Assembly (NCBI GenBank): GCA_029974275.1
Contig: JARKSN010000227.1
Span: 1 to 32,648 of the forward strand
Origin: Candidatus Hydrogenedentota bacterium
GTDB lineage: Bacteria; Hydrogenedentota; Hydrogenedentia; Hydrogenedentales; SLHB01
Direction of reading: 5' to 3'
Length of the DNA: 32,648 nucleotides
Part shown: positions 1 to 9,375 of the stretch, piece after piece
Numbering within the stretch: the first letter of the stretch is position 1
Layout of the letters: the number at the start of each line of letters is the position of its first letter
Translations under genes and position numbers: made by a program
The notes under the pieces: generated by a model
Databases searched by the model: none
What the model saw: only the letters and a program-made list of their open reading frames with translations
Told to the model about the DNA's origin: nothing

Positions 1-309
1 CGGATTGTACGCCAGTTCCTGACCCAGCACCGCCAGCCTGGCTGGGTCTGCCCAGTCCGCCGCCGTGCCGCCCACAAGGGTCGTGACGTCTCCTTTCACT
101 TGCGTATTCGCTGGAACAGCGCCCGCAAAGGCAGGATCGGCGAAAACGCGCGGGAATGCGTTGGAGTTGTACATCATTGTCGCCCAGCTGTCTCCCAGCA
201 AGAGAATGCGGTAGGCAGCCCATGCGTGTCCCGGCGTCAGTATGACTACTGACATTACCGCCAGAAACACAAGCGTCAGCCCAAATGAACACCGATTTCG
301 AGCAGCCAT
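1..309 (-). CDS. Secreted SGNH/GDSL hydrolase, N-terminal part (runs off window)
   Basis: Manual translation from ATG 309: MAARNRCSFGLTLVFLAVMSVVILTPGHAWAAYRILLLGDSWATMMYNSNAF...GGTAADW...LAYNP. Signal peptide, GDS block I motif, purine-rich SD upstream, no stop to the window edge. Absent from the ORF track. Confidence 0.85.
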   Translation of the reverse strand, partial: MAARNRCSFGLTLVFLAVMSVVILTPGHAWAAYRILLLGDSWATMMYNSNAFPRVFADPAFAGAVPANTQVKGDVTTLVGGTAADWADPARLAVLGQELAYNP

Positions 310-860
310 TGAAAGAGTCCCCCTTTTCCCGTGTTGCCCACTTCGCACGTTGTGTCTTACCTTACGCATCGGCGCCTCCTTGGATGGAAACGCCTTGCCT
401 TGCTCTGACGTCATTAGTGGGGTCCATTTCCGACATTTTTTCGTTGCACCGCACACTCAACATCACTTCCCGCACCGTCGTCCCCTTCCCTTGAGTCCCA
501 AGTTAGCTCGTAGGAAGTATACCCTCTTTACCGTACGGATTTCCCTTACCGAATATATAGCACAACTTTTTCACTTTGTAAAGTACTTTTTGTAGTGTTC
601 TGTATGAAAGCAAGGAGGGTACTCGTCGCAGCTGTGTATCCTACATTGAATTAGGTGTGCCCAAAATATTCATGATTGCGCTACAAACCGACTCATAAAT
701 AACTATTTTGATAATAATGATAATTTCATTCGCTTTTTGGGTTGATCCATTGAGATATATTTGGTATCATGTGCCAACTTTGTGCTGTAAATCCCCACAA
801 AACGCGTGCGCTTTCTCCGGGTTGCTCACGGAGTGGAGGTAGGGAGGCTGTTCACCAGAA

Positions 861-2555
861 ATGCTGACGCGTATATTTCGACTGGCATCTAGTTTTTCTC
901 CGACCACCGCCTCCACGTTGATGAGGTGTATTGTCGTCACGACGATCCTGTGTTTTGCCATGCATGCGCATGCGGCCGGGATCAAGAAGCGCATCTTGAT
1001 TTTGGGAGATAGTTGGGCGTCGAGTATCGCCACGACGCACCATGATCCGACCCCTCCGGGCTTTGGATCGTTTGACGCTGTCCTGGCGGAGTGCGGTTTC
1101 CCAACGTATGTCACGGAAGGAGCGACGGCGTGGGGCGGCCGCACCGCGCAGCAGTTCGCGACGCGTCAGAACTATCGCGACCTTGTCACCCAAACCCTCA
1201 CTGCCAATCCCGACATCGTCGCGGTGCATCTGCTTCTTGGCGGCAATGATTTTCTCAGTACCGTGAGCGCCACGAACATCTTTGCGGCTCCGTGGAACAG
1301 CGCTACCCGCGACATCCGGTGGAACGAGATCAAGGGGTATCTACAGAGCGTGGTTGATTTGTGCCTCTCGATTCGCCCCGGCATCAATGTGCTCATCAGC
1401 GATTATGATTATCTGGGGCGCGACCAGGCCCTCGGGGCATACGCTTCCCTGGGATGGACGTTTGGCGGAATGACTCAGTTTCAGATCAATGCCGCATTTC
1501 TTGAGTTGGGCCTGAAAAAGCAAACCCTCGCCGCACAGACCGACGGCTGCCATTATGTCTCGAATTGGGGCGTGTTTCAGCATTATTTCTCCTATCCCAT
1601 TGCAGGACTTCCCTTGCCGGGAGTTTATCCGGACTATCTGCCGTATTATGGCGGCGACGTCACCGCGAGCATGCCTCCTGCGGCCAATGTTGGCGACGGC
1701 ATTCACCCGAACGACGCGGCGCATCGCCATATCCTTCGCCGGTGCGTAGAACAGTTTTATGCACATTGGCTGCGCGACGTGGATGCGGATGGCTTATCGT
1801 ATTCGGACGAGACGCGCGATCTCGATCCCCTTGCTGCGGGCGTTCAGAACCCTTTCGATCCCGATGTGGCGGACACGACGGGCGATGTATTTTCCAATGC
1901 GCCCGACGGCGTTGTGGATGGGGACAACGATTATGACGGCGACAGTCTCAGCAATGCCGCAGAGTTGAACGAGCATCACACCAATCCCTTGTCGCCCGAT
2001 AGCGACGGCGACGGGCTTCCTGACGAATGGGAACTCGCTCACGGACTCAATCCTGTTAGCGCCATGGGGGAAAACGGGGCAAGCGGCGATCCGGATCATG
2101 ACGGGCTGGACAATGCCGAAGAGTTGGCGCGCAACACGAATCCCCGGGCGGAGGATACGGATGGGGACGGTTTGCCGGACGGCTGGGAAGCGGCGCATGC
2201 GCTGAATCCATTGCGCGGCGATGGGGATGACGGGGCGCGGGCCGATATTGACGGCGATCGGCTCGACAACGAGGGCGAATGCCTGCACGGCACGCATCCG
2301 CGCCTTCCCGACACGGATGGCGGCGGAGAAATGGATGGACCCGAGACGATGGCAGGCCGGAATCCGCTCGACGGAAACGACGACCGTCCTTATGATGTCA
2401 ACTGCGATGGGACTGTCGACATTTCGGACGTGCAACTGACCATCAACAGCGCTTTGAAACTTCCGGTGAGTTTTGTGACCGACGTAAACCTAGACGGCGC
2501 GCACGATGCGATGGACGTGCAGTTGGTCATCAATGCCGCGTTGCGGATTCTCTAG
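861..2555 (+). CDS. Secreted SGNH/GDSL esterase with Ca-binding TSP3-like repeats and C-terminal dockerin-like domain
   Basis: Signal peptide (start may be ATG 921); SGNH blocks GDSW, GG, GGND, DGIHP; DxDGDG repeats; duplicated dockerin motif DVNCDGTVDISDVQLTIN / DVNLDGAHDAMDVQLVIN. Confidence 0.88.
   Translation: MLTRIFRLASSFSPTTASTLMRCIVVTTILCFAMHAHAAGIKKRILILGDSWASSIATTHHDPTPPGFGSFDAVLAECGFPTYVTEGATAWGGRTAQQFATRQNYRDLVTQTLTANPDIVAVHLLLGGNDFLSTVSATNIFAAPWNSATRDIRWNEIKGYLQSVVDLCLSIRPGINVLISDYDYLGRDQALGAYASLGWTFGGMTQFQINAAFLELGLKKQTLAAQTDGCHYVSNWGVFQHYFSYPIAGLPLPGVYPDYLPYYGGDVTASMPPAANVGDGIHPNDAAHRHILRRCVEQFYAHWLRDVDADGLSYSDETRDLDPLAAGVQNPFDPDVADTTGDVFSNAPDGVVDGDNDYDGDSLSNAAELNEHHTNPLSPDSDGDGLPDEWELAHGLNPVSAMGENGASGDPDHDGLDNAEELARNTNPRAEDTDGDGLPDGWEAAHALNPLRGDGDDGARADIDGDRLDNEGECLHGTHPRLPDTDGGGEMDGPETMAGRNPLDGNDDRPYDVNCDGTVDISDVQLTINSALKLPVSFVTDVNLDGAHDAMDVQLVINAALRIL
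1980..2384 (+). repeat. Intragenic 156-bp (52-aa) tandem repeat, about 2.6 copies
   Basis: Units start at 1980 (TNPLSPDSDGDGLPDEWE), 2136 (TNPRAEDTDGDGLPDGWE) and 2292 (THPRLPDTDGGGEMDGPE). Confidence 0.8.
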
Positions 2556-2564
2556 GGAAGAGCG

Positions 2565-3086
2565 TCACCAAACGCCCCCGTTGCGCCCCAGCAATTCGCC
2601 AAGTCCTTCGTACCCCATGAGTTTGGCGATCCCCAACGGCGTAAGCCCCCCTGAAAAATGGTCACGCCGATTAACGTCCGCACCGTGACAAATCAGCATT
2701 TCGGCCATTTCTTCGTTTCCGTTGAGCGCCACCCAGTGCAACGGCGACATCCCATACTGATCCTGCACGTTGACATCGGCGCCTTCTTCCAGGAGTGTCG
2801 CCACCGTATCCAAATGCCCCCGGCGCACGGCCTTGTGCAAGGCGGTATCTCCCCGGGTGTCCATGGAACTCGGGTTGGCCCCTTTGGCCACCAACAAGCG
2901 AACAGCCTTCTCAAGCCCCCAATACGCGGCCCGATGCAGCAACGTCTCGCCTTCGTCCATCAGGTAAGGTTCTTGTTTCTCTACGCGCACCATGAAGTTC
3001 GCCAAGGCGTAGTGTCCGCTCTTCATCGCTCGCAACATGGGGGTCTCCCCCTCCACGTCCATTGTATTGAACCATTCCGTAGCCAT
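2565..3086 (-). CDS. Ankyrin repeat protein (173 aa)
   Basis: Repeats GETPMLRA, GETLLHRAA, GDTALHKAV, GMSPLHWVA, GLTPLGIA; start at ATG 3086 with GGAGG 7 nt upstream. Confidence 0.92.
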   Translation of the reverse strand: MATEWFNTMDVEGETPMLRAMKSGHYALANFMVRVEKQEPYLMDEGETLLHRAAYWGLEKAVRLLVAKGANPSSMDTRGDTALHKAVRRGHLDTVATLLEEGADVNVQDQYGMSPLHWVALNGNEEMAEMLICHGADVNRRDHFSGGLTPLGIAKLMGYEGLGELLGRNGGVW

Positions 3087-3412
3087 CGCGAAACCTCCAT
3101 GCCCATCGTGCGCGTGGAACGTATCGACGAAGGAACAGCATAAAGCGTGCCGCGATATGCTTTTCGCGCACATGCAGCAGAGAAGTTGCAACACATTACG
3201 TATCAATGGGTTATCATTTTCGTCGGCTCGATGTCGCGTCGCATGAGATGCCGATGGGGAAATCCGCCTTGGCAAAGTGTCAATTCTTTATCGACGCTGA
3301 TAGTCGCTTACGCTTTCCTGCGCTCCTCGCGCAGCAGTTTGCGGAAGATGCGACAAGGATGGGAGTCGATATCCTTGGGCTGGTCCGCAGCGAATTTGGG
3401 AGGCCATGTGCG

Positions 3413-4984
3413 TTAGGGGAAAGCACAGCCGTCGCCATGCGGCAAGATGAGCTCGGCAAGGATGCAAAGGGCCGTCCGGAAATCTGGGGGCGCACACCGA
3501 AGCGCGGCGCATAGAGTGCGCAGGGTTTCTTCGTCGCAGCGATCGATGCCAAGCGCCGCGCGGTGGCGATGTGTGGTTCCAAAGGCCCAGATAATCTCTG
3601 CTGCGTAGGGAGGCCGCGCCGTTTCCTTGCGCGGTTTTCCACGGCGGATATGCGCGAGGGCCTTCTCGAGGCGATCGGTCGAGGACGCGGGCAGGCCTGA
3701 AGGGAGGGCGTTCATCTCATGAGCCATGTTGACGACGGCGGCGGATTCGTACCGGGGAAGGAGCCATCGCGCCAATTCATCTTCGAGCACGCCTTCGAGC
3801 ACGAATGCCTCGGGCAAGGCGTGGCCGCCGCTTCGTAGCAGCCGGAGCATCTGACGCGCGCGGTCGGAGAACCGCTCCCAGTGCGGCATCCAGGCGTCCA
3901 GCGCGCGCCCGGCCGCATCGGGCAAGGTGCAGGTCAGCGTGACGCCTGCGGCATCCTCAGCGCAGTCCCACGCGCCGTCATGAAGGCGCACGAGACACCG
4001 GCGCGCCGAGTCCAGGTAGTGCGATCCTGCCTGGCGACGTTCCGGACCTTGGCATGCCACGGAAAGAATCGCGCAGCGGCGAGGGGCTTCGTATTCGAGG
4101 AGAAGGACAATGCCCCCGCCCTTTGGAAATGCGCGAAGGGCGTAGCGCAGGATGTTTCTCACTGCGGCGTAACAGGCGTCCCTGCGCACGGGAATGGGCG
4201 GCAAGGCGTCGCCACAGAGAAGCTCGATGCGAAGGTTGGCGGCGTCCAACAACGCGCCTGCGTCAGCGACGACCTCCTTTACGAGGGCCGCGAGGTCCGT
4301 TGGTTCAGGAAGGCGCGCCTCCGCATCGATGATCTCGAGGATCGCATCGATCGCATCCATGGCTTTTCCGGAGGCCCCCGCATCGATCGCCGCCAACGCT
4401 TCCGCGAGCCGTGCAAGCGGGCCTTCAAGTCCCGCCGCCGATTCGGGCACGGCGCGCATTCCCGAAAATCGCAACGTCACGCCCTCGGGTGTACGATCAA
4501 TGCGTCCCCCGCGCGTCGCCGCTGTCCACCTCGCCTCGAAGATCTCGAAGGGCATTTCAATCATGCCGCCCAAAGTCACCACGTCGGAAAACATGCCCGG
4601 GCCATCGAGAATGAGCGAGACGCAAGGGGTCTCCCCTTCGCAGTGCGTAACAATTCGCAGCGCGCTGTCGTCGTAGAGCGCGGCATTGGCAGCAATCGCA
4701 ACGACGCAGCGCGTAATCTGCGCCGGATCGCCGTAGCGCTCCGGCAATTCCGCCCAGACCGCTTCCCGGACGAAGTCGGGCGTGTTCTCCAGAGAGTCGC
4801 GCAGCGTCGACGTCGGCGCATAGGATTCATAGCGGGGCGGACGGTGGAGATCGAGCGCGGCATGGGCCGAAGCGATCGCGGCGCGAGCATCGGAGAAGGC
4901 TTGCCGTTCCAACGCGGCGCGAGCATGGCACAGAGCGGGCTCAATCAACGATACGGGGGCTGGCAACACGGGCGTCTCTCCCAT
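3413..4984 (-). CDS. Hypothetical protein with two degenerate HATPase_c (histidine-kinase ATPase)-like segments
   Basis: 523-aa ORF; segments GDPAQITRCVVAIAANA...LDGPG...RGGRI and DLAALVKEVV...LPPIPVRRDACYAAVRNILRYA...LHDGAW...GVTLTCTLP follow the HATPase pattern, but the boxes are degenerate. Confidence 0.6.
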   Translation of the reverse strand: MGETPVLPAPVSLIEPALCHARAALERQAFSDARAAIASAHAALDLHRPPRYESYAPTSTLRDSLENTPDFVREAVWAELPERYGDPAQITRCVVAIAANAALYDDSALRIVTHCEGETPCVSLILDGPGMFSDVVTLGGMIEMPFEIFEARWTAATRGGRIDRTPEGVTLRFSGMRAVPESAAGLEGPLARLAEALAAIDAGASGKAMDAIDAILEIIDAEARLPEPTDLAALVKEVVADAGALLDAANLRIELLCGDALPPIPVRRDACYAAVRNILRYALRAFPKGGGIVLLLEYEAPRRCAILSVACQGPERRQAGSHYLDSARRCLVRLHDGAWDCAEDAAGVTLTCTLPDAAGRALDAWMPHWERFSDRARQMLRLLRSGGHALPEAFVLEGVLEDELARWLLPRYESAAVVNMAHEMNALPSGLPASSTDRLEKALAHIRRGKPRKETARPPYAAEIIWAFGTTHRHRAALGIDRCDEETLRTLCAALRCAPPDFRTALCILAELILPHGDGCAFP

Positions 4985-5010
4985 AGCTGAAAAACGCGGG
5001 AACGCGTAAC

Positions 5011-5058
5011 ATCAAAATGCACAAGACCGGCCGCGAGTTTTTTCCGCAGCCGGTCTTG
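5011..5058 (-). terminator. Stem-loop after pilQ, probable intrinsic terminator
   Basis: CAAGACCGGC (5022-5031) / GCCGGTCTTG (5049-5058) perfect inverted repeat, extendable inward; followed on the minus strand by UGCAUUUUG. Confidence 0.55.
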
Positions 5059-5081
5059 CCGAAAATCACGCGGGGACGCGT

Positions 5082-7553
5082 TTACTTGGCGCGGCGGCCT
5101 TTCCAGAGGGGTTCGCGCATCTGACCCGGTTTCACGATTTGCTTGACCATTTCACGCTGCGCATTGGGAACCTGCGGCACGTCGCCCAGCTTGTCGTATT
5201 CCTCCTGCTGGTCGACGGTCAGCTCGGGCAGATTCTCCCCGACCACGCGACACGTCAGGAATACAAGCAGTTCCGTATGCGTCTTGTTGACTTGCGTGTT
5301 GCGGAAGAGGACGTTCATGATCGGCACGTCGCCCAGCACGGGGACTTTGTTGGCTTGAAGTTGGTCGTCGACGCGGCGTAGACCTCCAATGAAAATGGTG
5401 CGCCCGTCGGCGGTCTTGAGGGTGGTTGCCGTCTCGCGCTTGTCTTCGATGGGAATGCCGTTGGCCGTGCCGCTGATGGAGCTTTGTTTGGCCAAGATTT
5501 CGGCAATGATGTCGTTGCTGTGCGTGACGCGTGGCGTCACTTCCAGGGTGATGCCGATGTCTTTGAAAGAGGTTGAGGCCACCGGCGGTCCCTGGGTCGA
5601 TTGGGTGATTTCCTGGTAGGGATATTGCTGGACGATGCTGATGCTGGCTTTTTTGTTTTCGACCGACACCAGCATGGGATTGGCCAGAATTTCCGCGTTT
5701 CTGCTTTGCACCTCGGCCGCGATGGCCGCCTGGAGATCGAATTTCGACGTAAGGACGCCAAAGGTCAACAGGCCTGCGTTGAGGGTGCTCGTGCCGATGT
5801 TTTCGCCGAGGTTGGCGTTGTAATTGCCGTTTTTGGCGCTGCCCTTGAGATTGCCGCGCAGGTCTTGTCGATCGCGCAAAAGACCGGCCACGTTGCCGGA
5901 GGCGTCTCGCTGCTGCACCAAATCGAGCAGCCATTTGACCCCTGTCTCGGAATTGTCGGTCAATACGGCGTCGACGATCATGGCTTCGATGGAAACTTGT
6001 TTCACGGGAGAATCGACGCTTTTGATGACCTGACGCATTTGTTCGATCGCCACCGGATAGTCGGTGATGATTACGTTGCGGCCCCGCTCATCGATGGTCA
6101 CTTTGCCGACGTCCTTGGTGAGCATGGACTCGACGATCGGCTGTATGTCCGCGGGTTCGCCGTAGTTCAGGCTGATGGTTTCCGTCACGGTCGGAGCGGG
6201 AGGCTGCGTCGGCTTGGTGGTATCGAGTTCAAGGGCGAGCTGTTCCAGTTCCCGCACGCGTTTTTCGGGGCCAGAGACGATGATAACATTGGTGGCGTCG
6301 TTTGCGCTTACCGAGACCAACGTGGCGTCCGGGGCGCCCATGAGCACGTCTTGAAGGGTTTTGGAAACGTCCGTCGCTTTGGCGATTTGAAGCTTGACCG
6401 TCCGCGATACGCGGTTGATCTGCTGGGCTTGCTCATACGAAACAATACGGAAGACGCCTTCCTCCTCCACCATGCCCAAGCCGTTCATGCGCAGCACCAT
6501 CTCAATGGCCTGCCGCAAGGGAACGTTTTTGATGCTCGCAGTGACGGTCATGTTGGTCAGTTGGGTTCCGGCTAGGATGTTGATCTGGGCCTTTTGCGCG
6601 AGCAAGTTGACAACGTTGCTCAACTCCATGTCCCGGAAGTCGAGGCTGACCGGCAAGTTGAGTGGGTCCATGCCCGGCGGCAAGGGCTTGGCGTCAATGC
6701 CCACGGCCTGCCCATCGGATTTGTCTGCGGCTTTTTCGGAAGGCGCAACGCCGCCCAGCAGAATTGAAGCAGGTTGCGTGGACGAAGCGGCCTGCGATGA
6801 CGGAGCGGGACGCGCGGCGCGACTCGTCTCGTGAAGCAACTTCTTGACGTCTTGCACCATCTCGTTCATTTCAGATTGGGAAGGCTTGCCGCTCTCTTCC
6901 GCAGGATTTGCGGAGGCGGCAGGGGGAGCTTCGTCCGCCACCGAAGAGGCGGCGGGTTCGGCCTCGACCGGGAGTGGCGTCGCCGTATCTTCCGGGGAAA
7001 CCGCCAGGAGCATCGGATCCGAAAGGAATACGTCGAAGGATGCCGGGGACACGACAGACCATTCCGTCTGCGGAATGAAAGGAGCCCGACGCGTCTGTTC
7101 GCTGGGCATGGCGGCAAGATCGACGGCATTCGCTGCGGCAGACGTTTTATAGGCGGAGAGCTTCTCGGGGATGGACAGTAGATAGCCGTTTGCGCTTTCG
7201 ATCTTGGCCTGGAGCGACATGACCGCCGCGCCAGCCGCAGCCCAACGCGCCGCCCCGACCGTCGCCGGTTGCGATCGGCGGGATGGATCAGCAGCGACAT
7301 GGGGCGAAGCCAACGGCGTGCTGTGGTGCAACATATCCAGGTTGGTTTTCAGCGCGGCCATGGGATCGGCTGGCGATTCTGCCAGGCGTTGCAGGTCGGC
7401 TCCCAAACGCGCCACGGGATCGGCGTTGCCTAATGGGGGCGGCGTCGCCGGATCTTGCTGGGCCGCGGAAACGATCGCCGCCAGCGGCCACCCCATCCAG
7501 CAAATGAGGAGCGCGCCTGCCGCGATGGATATCGTGCGTTTGATGTGGCTCAT
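5082..7553 (-). CDS. pilQ: Type IV pilus secretin PilQ
   Basis: Signal peptide; VSLDFRDMEL (N0), secretin N-domain repeats, KQVSIEAMIV, GITLEVTPRV, KVPVLGDVPIMNVLFRN, ELLVFLT; last gene of pilMNOPQ. Confidence 0.9.
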   Translation of the reverse strand: MSHIKRTISIAAGALLICWMGWPLAAIVSAAQQDPATPPPLGNADPVARLGADLQRLAESPADPMAALKTNLDMLHHSTPLASPHVAADPSRRSQPATVGAARWAAAGAAVMSLQAKIESANGYLLSIPEKLSAYKTSAAANAVDLAAMPSEQTRRAPFIPQTEWSVVSPASFDVFLSDPMLLAVSPEDTATPLPVEAEPAASSVADEAPPAASANPAEESGKPSQSEMNEMVQDVKKLLHETSRAARPAPSSQAASSTQPASILLGGVAPSEKAADKSDGQAVGIDAKPLPPGMDPLNLPVSLDFRDMELSNVVNLLAQKAQINILAGTQLTNMTVTASIKNVPLRQAIEMVLRMNGLGMVEEEGVFRIVSYEQAQQINRVSRTVKLQIAKATDVSKTLQDVLMGAPDATLVSVSANDATNVIIVSGPEKRVRELEQLALELDTTKPTQPPAPTVTETISLNYGEPADIQPIVESMLTKDVGKVTIDERGRNVIITDYPVAIEQMRQVIKSVDSPVKQVSIEAMIVDAVLTDNSETGVKWLLDLVQQRDASGNVAGLLRDRQDLRGNLKGSAKNGNYNANLGENIGTSTLNAGLLTFGVLTSKFDLQAAIAAEVQSRNAEILANPMLVSVENKKASISIVQQYPYQEITQSTQGPPVASTSFKDIGITLEVTPRVTHSNDIIAEILAKQSSISGTANGIPIEDKRETATTLKTADGRTIFIGGLRRVDDQLQANKVPVLGDVPIMNVLFRNTQVNKTHTELLVFLTCRVVGENLPELTVDQQEEYDKLGDVPQVPNAQREMVKQIVKPGQMREPLWKGRRAK

Positions 7554-7556
7554 CGC

Positions 7557-8126
7557 CTATTTTTCCTCCAACTCGATGGCAATCATCGAATCATGAACCT
7601 TCAAATTCACTTTCCTGGGCCCAATGGAATGGACACTGATTCCTTGCGGAAATTCGTAGCCGGGCCAGACCACTTCGTTCTCGACAACCGCCACCGGCTT
7701 GTACGGATCCCAGATAATGCCCGTTACGCGCATTCGACGCGCATATGCTTCGAGTTGCATGGGTTGCGGAGCCTCGCCGTAACCTGCGGCGGCTCCCGAC
7801 GGGATCACCGGACGCAGCGCCGCCGCGCCGACAAGGGGACGCATCGGATCGCGCGGCATCTTTTCCGCGTCAAAGTCGAATACGTCGGTCTGGATGCCCG
7901 CCAACAATTCGTCCAGGTCTATTGGGTTCGTTTTCGCTTTGGCGGCTTGGGTCTGCGGAGCCGCCGGCGTCCCATCCGGGCCGGATGGGCCCGACGCGGA
8001 AGAGGCCGGAGCGGAGGCAGGCGGGGGGCCGTCCGGCGCGCCGCGGAGAAATTGATGCCAGATGACCGCCAGCAGCACGATTGCCAGGACGGCCACGATC
8101 AGGATTTGCTTGCGGTTGGCGTTCAC
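7557..8126 (-). CDS. pilP: PilP-like pilus assembly protein
   Basis: Position between pilO and pilQ; N-terminal TM, Pro/Ala linker, RDPMRP motif, VTGIIWD..KPVAVVE beta domain; GTG start. Confidence 0.65.
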   Translation of the reverse strand: MNANRKQILIVAVLAIVLLAVIWHQFLRGAPDGPPPASAPASSASGPSGPDGTPAAPQTQAAKAKTNPIDLDELLAGIQTDVFDFDAEKMPRDPMRPLVGAAALRPVIPSGAAAGYGEAPQPMQLEAYARRMRVTGIIWDPYKPVAVVENEVVWPGYEFPQGISVHSIGPRKVNLKVHDSMIAIELEEK

Positions 8127-8128
8127 GA

Positions 8129-8725
8129 TCAGGTTCCTGATGTCTGGGCGCTAGGTTGGGCGCCGGTGTTCGTCGGCATGAGGAATCGGAACGTGCTGAG
8201 GGTGAAGGTCGCCTCTGCGACTCCGTCCTTTTCTTCCTTGATCTCGATGTCCGATACCGCCAAGTAGCGCTCGTAACGCTCAATGCGATTGACAAAGCTT
8301 GCTATCTGGTCAAAGGTTCCCCGGGCGACGATGCCATAGGGAATCGTTTCTTTGCGTTCGTCTTTGGATCGTTTCTTGGTTTGCAATTCCACGGCAAGCC
8401 CCACTTGGTTCGCCATTTCTTCGAACTGCTTCAGCAAGCGCGCGATTTCCGCTTCGCCGGGCAAACGCTTCTCGAATTCTTTGACCAGTGTTTGGGTTTT
8501 CTCGGTCCGTGCGCGCAGTTCCTCGAATCTTCGTTCGGTTTCCTCGGCGGCCAGCATCTCGGCGCGGGTCTGATCGGTTTTAAGCGTCAATTCGTCGAGG
8601 GCGCGAAGTTGGCGGTTGTGAACGAAAAACACGAAGATCGCGCACACAAGCGCCAAAATCGCCGCCATGACGCCCACAGCCATCCAGTCTTTTGGGGTTA
8701 TCGTCCCTCTCAAGAAATCGATCAT
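8129..8725 (-). CDS. pilO: Type IV pilus assembly protein PilO
   Basis: TM plus coiled coil, RLPGEAEIARLL, GTFDQIASFVNRIE; operon position. Confidence 0.88.
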   Translation of the reverse strand: MIDFLRGTITPKDWMAVGVMAAILALVCAIFVFFVHNRQLRALDELTLKTDQTRAEMLAAEETERRFEELRARTEKTQTLVKEFEKRLPGEAEIARLLKQFEEMANQVGLAVELQTKKRSKDERKETIPYGIVARGTFDQIASFVNRIERYERYLAVSDIEIKEEKDGVAEATFTLSTFRFLMPTNTGAQPSAQTSGT

Positions 8726-9375
8726 GGCTTCTCTTCTCCCCCGGGACGGATGAAATATTCCAAGGTGAAGCTTTTGACCGGCTGTCCCTCGAAATCCGTA
8801 TCCTTGAGACTCGATGTGTCGAGTTGGAATAAGGATGAAAATTCTGGGTCTTGTTCGGTGGCCAAGGCGAGGGGGCTCACGTCACTCGTCGATCCCTGCG
8901 TCGCCACCACGTATCCGGAGACTTGGAGCATCGGTTTTTGGACGGTAACTTCTTTGGAGACCTGTTTTTTGGTGTTGGGGTCGATCACCATCACCTGTTC
9001 CGTGTAGGGTTTTTTGGCGACTTTGATGCCGCTGTACCAGAAGTTTTCCGGCGCGAGACGATCGAGGTTCCAGAGTTGGCGCGACCACAGGATGCGGGCC
9101 TGAATGATTTCGTTGATGGTGGTGATTTTCACCGCGAGCTCTTCTTCGAGGGCGGTCAGGCGTTTGGATTCGTTCACCACGGTTTGTAGTTCTTGCAGGC
9201 GCTTGGCATAGCGGTCGAGTTCGCCGCGTTTGGTCATGATCCGGGCTTGCGTGGCCACGGTCATGGAAGCCATCGCCGCAAGCGCGATGATAAAGGCCAG
9301 CACGGCCAGGATATAGGGCACGGGCGTGCGTTTGACGGGCCGTAGATGGTAAGGCAGTAAGTTGACGGTAATCAT
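8722..9375 (-). CDS. pilN: Type IV pilus assembly protein PilN
   Basis: N-terminal VNLLP PilM-binding motif, TM, coiled coil; 4-bp overlaps with pilM and pilO. Confidence 0.88.
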   Translation of the reverse strand: MITVNLLPYHLRPVKRTPVPYILAVLAFIIALAAMASMTVATQARIMTKRGELDRYAKRLQELQTVVNESKRLTALEEELAVKITTINEIIQARILWSRQLWNLDRLAPENFWYSGIKVAKKPYTEQVMVIDPNTKKQVSKEVTVQKPMLQVSGYVVATQGSTSDVSPLALATEQDPEFSSLFQLDTSSLKDTDFEGQPVKSFTLEYFIRPGGEEKP

